NCBI GenBank assembly: GCA_000165425.1
Contig: CT868013.1
Location: forward strand, 186,001-250,000
Source: Paramecium tetraurelia
Taxonomy: Eukaryota
Direction of reading: 5' to 3'
DNA: 64,000 nt
Within the stretch, counting starts at the first letter, position 1. Each line of letters begins with the position of its first letter. A program made the position numbers and the translations under genes. Of the stretch, positions 57,986-64,000 are shown piece after piece. Under the pieces are notes generated by a model. It made no database searches and was not told the DNA's origin. It was given only the letters and a program-made list of their open reading frames with translations.

Positions 57986-59857
57986 TCAAATTTACTCAAG
58001 ATTTTTAAAATTATTCTTTACAACGACTGCAATTTTAGGTAAAGTCTACTATTCATATATTTTTTCTTTGATACTCATAACTTTAGGATTAATATCCTTC
58101 ATAATAATTTCTGGAGTTCTCTAAAAATTAATTATAATATAGCCGTTACTTTAACTATAGGAGATGCAAATTAAGAAGAATTATTTGAATCAACAGCCTA
58201 CTTCAATTTACTAACTAAGAGATATTAAGGTAATCTGTAAGATTAAGGTTAGTCATCATCGAATATCACATCTGTAAGATCATCATCTAAATTCTTGATT
58301 GAAATATTTTCTTCACTATCATTAAATTACTCTTAAATTTATTGCATCATTGTAATTTGTGGAGTCAATAACAAATTATCCTACTTCTTCTATCCAACAT
58401 GATGTAACTGAGGAGTCATAAACCATGGTTTAATTTAGGTTGAAGGACCAATAAAATTCTTCATAAATCCACAACTACCTGCATCTGTATTACTTGATTT
58501 AATAGTACCTTTAGTATCTAAATATTATTCTTCTGATTTATTTAGTTCTGAATATCTAATTCTATCCAAATTTATCATATACCATTCATGTCTCAAGGCA
58601 TCCCTTGGCTAAGGCCTCTGAGATGGTCGAGGATGAAGTAAAAGTTTCAATAATGAAAATCCTAACAATATTTGAACTATTTACCTACTTTGCTTATGAT
58701 ATTTTCAATAGAACAGTAATCAACCTTGCAATGAAAATTTCTCATTACAACTTCATTGTAAGTCTTACCCTTAAAAGGAGATTTGCCAGAAATCAAAAGG
58801 AACATCAAACACCCAACACTAAAAATGTCTACCTTAGTATCATAAAGTTTATCTTGCAAAATTTCTGGAGCTACGAATCCAGGAGTTCCGCATCTTTGAA
58901 ACATATAATTACCCAACGGATCATAAAAATCAGCCAATCCGAAATCAGCTATAACAACATCTTCTAAAACTCCATTTTTCCGCAATATCATATTTTCAGG
59001 TTTTAGATCTCTATGTAGAATGTTCTGTTTGTGTAAATAATCTAAAGAATCCAATAAAGTGGCCAAAATGCTCGCTACTATTTATTCTGAGTGTTTTTGA
59101 TTCTGCTCTATCTGTTTTTACAATTCCCCTCCTTATAGATAATCTTAAATTAATAAGACATGAGCGTCATCTTCAAACACTTCATGCATTTTTATCAATC
59201 CTTTGTAATTCAGCTTCCTCATAATCTAAATTTCTTTAATCAAGGCTTGCTTATCAGTGTCTTTATTCATATTACATTTTTCAAAAGCCTTAACTGCTAA
59301 TTATTATTTATCCTACTTTTTGGTACAAAGATACACCTGACGTATTTAAATTTCATTACCTTTGCGAAATTCCCTTTTCCTATAAGCTTCTCTATAACAT
59401 ACTTTTCTTTGAAGGAACGTTTAATACATTACTTTTTGAGAAATTCCCAAATCTATTAGTTTAGTTCTTTTGATATAGAATAAAGTTCTTTGAATTTTTG
59501 ATTTCGAATTATGCGTATACCATATTTTTTCTAAATTGGATGTTTAAATTACTTTATGGCAAGCATCACCTTCCTAATCATTTTTATATTTAATTCTCTC
59601 TATTCTTGATAAACTTAAATCAACATGGTAAATGTATGCCTTATTTGGCTACATTTTAATCAAATGAATACCCTCAACTTCATTAATTTGCTATTATAGA
59701 TGATATAATTTTTGCTAATCCAAAAACCAGTTGTTTTGCTTTTTTCAAAAAGGGCAGATTGAAAATCAACCAATTCTTCTTCCACTTAAAAGGTAGTTTT
59801 CTCCCAAAATGACCTCGAGATTTTGGCATCATCAAAAAAGGATAACTTTATTTGCAT
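57986..59857 (-). CDS. Ser/Thr protein kinase (CAMK-like, N-terminal PH-like region)
   Basis: IGKGNFAK|VYL, LAVK, HRDLKPEN, ADFGLA, CGTPGFVAPE; 3' end approximate. Confidence 0.93.
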
Positions 59858-60499
59858 CGATAATATTAATTAATTAATAATCACTCAATTTAGGATTCTT
59901 CCTATTAATCTCTTATTTCTAATTTTATAAGATCTTATAATTTTAATATATTTTGGTTAAAATCATTTTGACACTTACCATACTACTTTACTTTATTTCA
60001 TAATAGCATCTGTTGTTGGTTTACTTTATAGTGATATTTTATTCAACACCATTAATATTCATTTTATAAACTGAATTCAATCAATTTTATAATTAAAAAT
60101 CAATAAATTACTGAATTTAATTCAGTTGAATTAAATTATTAAAATTATCGGTGTTTGTTTTCATTCTTGAATTACAAAAATCCCTCCAAATATTGATGCT
60201 CTTTAATAATATACCAATAAGATAGCATAATATTTAAAAGTGCATTATTTTAAATAATAAAAGTAATTTGATACATTTTAATTTCCGTAAAAATTACTAA
60301 AGAATGAATTGAATTCTTATATTCAATAAATAATTTTGTAAAATATATACCGTTATAAGCCATTACAATTGACTTCTGAGTATTTAAAGTAAATCACACT
60401 TGATCTACTTTATTTCAAAAACATTATATCCTTATGTAATCATGATTGCTTATCCAAATTATTCATCTAATAGTTCTCTAAATTTATATGCTAATGATC

Positions 60500-61300
60500 T
60501 TTATTTTTCATTATCATTAATATATATATCATAATTAAAATAATACAATAAAGGTTTCGCAATTTGTTATAATCTAAAAATTCAAGGGCTTGTAATACTC
60601 CTATTTTGAATCACTTGTGCTGATTTAGCATCCCTTCAAGTCAAGAATTTTGATATAACAATTAATCTGTCTTCAGAATTAAAGTGATTATGTATATTTA
60701 TGCTATTTTTTTTATCTTAAATTGAGTGATCTCAATTCAGAATAACAATTAATATTAGTCTTTGAATATCATCTTCCCATTCTATCTGTTATTAATAACT
60801 AAATGAAATTTGATTTTTCAATTGTATCAATAACAATTGTTAGGCAATAATTGTACTAAAATATAGATCTTATCATACTCAATCCTCATTTTTATTCGAT
60901 TTATATTGATAATTCATAATTTTCAGTATTTTATGTAAGTATTAGATTATACTTTTATAATATCTTTTTAATAGTATATTTCTATTCTTCAAACTATTAT
61001 CTATCTAAAGCAATCTAATTTCATATCATTTTTCAAGTAGTTTAATTAATTTATATTACAAATGCATTTCTTGCATATTTTATTGAATTCACAAATAATT
61101 TAATTGACATCATTGTCTATATAAATAAAACATCTTTGAATTGCTAACAACTCATCAAAGCGAATTAATAAAGTATTTTCTTTGGTTTTGATTATTACTG
61201 TAACCTTAGGCATACTAGGACTTGACTATCCATTTTCAAATCATTCTAATGATATATCGTGAAATACTTCAAAAGAAAATTTGTATTCAAAGTATTCTTT
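60500..61300 (-). pseudogene. possible decayed 3'-5' exonuclease + HRDC (Rrp6-like) gene
   Basis: FNSEDRLIVISKFLT*RDAK...LQQIAK (HRDC-like, TGA at the expected Trp) and MRIEYDKIYILVQL; multiple stops. Confidence 0.3.
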
Positions 61301-61559
61301 ATGAGAAAGTGTATAATTTTGCTTATAATTATTGTAGCATAATGTAAATGATGGTTTTATTTGGTTCTAATACTAAAATAACCATCGGGTTCTGATTATT
61401 TAGATAGTGTTAAAAATAGAAAATCATGAATCAAATATCATAGAAGAGATTAAAATATTATCAAAATGATGTTTTCTAATTTTTTTCTTTTGGATTAAAG
61501 TAACTTACTAATTTTAAACTCATGTTCAATAATTTTTGTTTCTTTTGTATTAGTATCAT

Positions 61560-61867
61560 TATTCTGTTCTGTTCTTACTTAATTTCCATTGATGAAATTC
61601 TTTATTATTTAAAATAGGCTAATTTAGCTTTTTCTTAGGCTTAAATTTCGTCATATCGACACCTATGATCAGGATTTGAAAGTAATCGATAAGCCTAAGA
61701 AATAATTTTAAATTATGTTATTCGAAGATTCCTATCCTCATCATATCTTGATAATTTACTGGATGATGTCATCTGGCAAGGTCCAATAGGCTTGTTTTAT
61801 TCGGGCATGATTATACAATACCTAGATTTCATTAAGTACAAACATTAGATGATTGGAAGCATTTCAT
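61560..61867 (-). pseudogene. J-domain (DnaJ/Hsp40) pseudogene
   Basis: IKQAY / LAR*HHP / K...QFKIISQAYRLLSNPDHRCRYD spread over three frames; the HPD codon has lost a base. Confidence 0.8.
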
Positions 61868-61909
61868 TTAAATATATTTAATTTAATTATAAATTTAATA
61901 TATATTAGT

Positions 61910-62220
61910 TTGGTTCTTTTAATACCATATGATTACCAGAAGGTATAGAAACAGATGTATATTAAAAATAAATAGAAGCAGCTGATCCATTTGAAATAGA
62001 TTAAAATAAATTTCAAATGATAAATTTACAAATAATAAACGGTGACACAACTGATTATAACCCTTTACCTAGAGATGTTAATAATAAAGTTAATGATGGC
62101 GTTATTAGTATTAATCTTTAGTTTGGAAGAGATTAATAACTGTCTATTCTGAAAATCATATAATTAATCATTATAATAGAATAAAGTATTATCATAATTG
62201 TATAATGGTTTTAAAACGAT
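61910..62220 (+). pseudogene. RSPH4/6-like internal fragment
   Basis: LPEGIETDVYQKQIEAADPFE and GDTTDYN...KVNDGVISI resemble the region following WxH..NIL in radial spoke head proteins; frameshifted. Confidence 0.55.
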
Positions 62221-62285
62221 TTTTTAAGATCTCTTAAAATACATAAATAAATTAAGCCATATCTACAATTTATAATAGAAAGGAA

Positions 62286-62543
62286 ATGCTTTAATTTATA
62301 AATCCAATGTTTGCAAATAATTTGAAAGCTACTATGATAAAAATTAAGAGAATAAACAGTGAACTAAATTAATCTATAGTAAAACCACCCTTAAGTCCAA
62401 ATTCTAAAAGAAAAAATAAAATAAATATTTAGAAATTTGACTAACGTTGGAAGTATAACTGGATTAATTAGTATACTATCTAATAATTCTCACATATTAA
62501 ATTCTGGTCTGTATATAGAACAGAAGGAAAATTGATTTTCTGA
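62286..62543 (+). CDS. short ORF, possible hypothetical protein
   Basis: 258-nt ATG-to-TGA frame MLQFINPMF...WSVYRTEGKLIF. Confidence 0.3.
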
Positions 62544-64000
62544 CAAGATAAGAATATGCACCGAATGCTTTATTATAAAATACTTTTAAACTTTATATAT
62601 ATATTGTATACAATTATAAGTTTAAATATATAGAATGTAAAATTAAAAATATTTGTATTGAAATTTCTTTAATTTACTCAAAAACAGCCATAGAATTATT
62701 CTAGTTTAAACCATATTTAACCAAAAAATAATTCGATTAAGTAAATTTAAAGAACACATTATAAGAATTTTTGATAAAGAAATTGAATTCTGATCAACTT
62801 TAGATAAATTGTATAAAATTGATTATAAAAAAAAAAAGTTTATTATGAATTCTCAAAATAATTTTATTCTTTTAAGGAAGCCTTGAAATTCATATATTAA
62901 TTAGACTGATTAGCATGTTATCATAAATTCATATCCATTTATTCTTCTAAACTAAAAGAATTGAAGTAGTCAAAAAAAGTTATGTTTGGTTATATCTCAA
63001 ACATAACCATTTTTGTTAAAAATTCTTTGTGTTATGCTTTTTAGTTAAATTATGGAGTTATATGAATATGTTAAACAATCTGGATTGATTTCCTTTTATA
63101 GTTATTTAATATATTGAATTTATTTATGAATCATCCATTAGTAAATATACCATTAACTTAGGGAATAAAATGTAGAAAATTGTGTCAAGCTATTGATTTA
63201 TATGGGATAAATCCAAATTTATTGATTTTTGGTAATCAAAAATATTCAAGTATACTTGGAAGCCTCCTGACAATAATAGCTTCGACATTGACATTCGGAT
63301 ATTTAGTGTAGTAAGTCTAAGAATTGGTGTACAAGTAACTCCCTTAAACAATATTATCAGAACACTTAGTAACTGAAACTTCTGTACACATTTATAATAT
63401 ATAGCCATTTCCATTGGAAAATCATAATTTTACATTATCAATATCAGTTGCTAATATGGAACAAAATCCATTAAAGACAATTGATAAATACTTTACAATT
63501 AAGGTTGAAAATTGTTAAAGATCAAGGTAACTTAATACAACAACTAATAAAATCGATGTTGTTAATACGTATGCGTAAAGTTATAAATTAGATGTATTAA
63601 TTATCCAACAGAGGCTTGCGCGTCAGATAATTTCGTAACAGATATCTAAAAAGAATATTTCAGTAAAATTCGATTAGGAACGGCTTAGTGCATCAAGAAA
63701 GATATCTTGTAAAGTAAACCACCTGTAATGATATATCATCAAATTAGGTACTATAAGGGATTGTTTCAGGAAATTTATACTCCTACATCACTATTAAGTT
63801 TTCAGCATGTAAGAATAGTACAGAGAAATAGGATTGTGCTTCAAGGGATGAGATTAATAAAGAATTAATTAATGGTTATTATGTTGTTCATATGAGTGAT
63901 TCTCTAATTTAAATGAGTAACCCTGAGAGTATCCAAAAAAACTTCATAAAAATGTAGTATACATAATTTTCAATATCAACCTCCAAAACTATATATCAAG

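Noticed and set aside
62850..64000. Coding-like, slightly GC-richer stretches at the window end
   Set aside because: Frames are interrupted by TGA on both strands and no family could be recognised; probably degenerate, left unassigned

Overview
AT-rich, gene-dense eukaryotic DNA that reads cleanly only with the ciliate nuclear code (TAA/TAG = Gln, TGA = stop) and with tiny (about 22-30 nt) GT..AG introns. This points to Paramecium macronuclear DNA (inferred) and explains why the standard-code ORF track is fragmentary. About 35 genes can be modelled by eye. They include six protein kinases (two PH/CAMK-like paralogues, Aurora-like, ULK/CAMK-like, Rim15/IRE-like AGC, and a TDY MAPK), SPC22/23, TPR and Sel1 proteins, and a tandem pair of acylated AIG1-like GTPases. 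Also present are a SET/LSMT methyltransferase, a cytosolic carboxypeptidase, FHA-RINGv, two small HTH proteins, a large type-I membrane protein, an FW-domain protein and DPCD. The remainder are a TTL-like protein, an NPL protein, dynein p28, a kinesin, two MORN proteins, RNF32 and an aromatic amino-acid hydroxylase. The most interesting non-obvious signals are: (i) an intergenic box C/D-type RNA with two antisense elements to adjacent SSU rRNA segments; (ii) a decayed RSPH4/6 gene whose missing middle appears about 8 kb away on the opposite strand; (iii) several other decaying pseudogenes (ADP/ATP carrier, DnaJ, AGC kinase, possible exonuclease-HRDC); (iv) a second intergenic hairpin RNA candidate. 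Coordinates were read manually and some ends are approximate. Family calls come from recalled motifs, not database searches.
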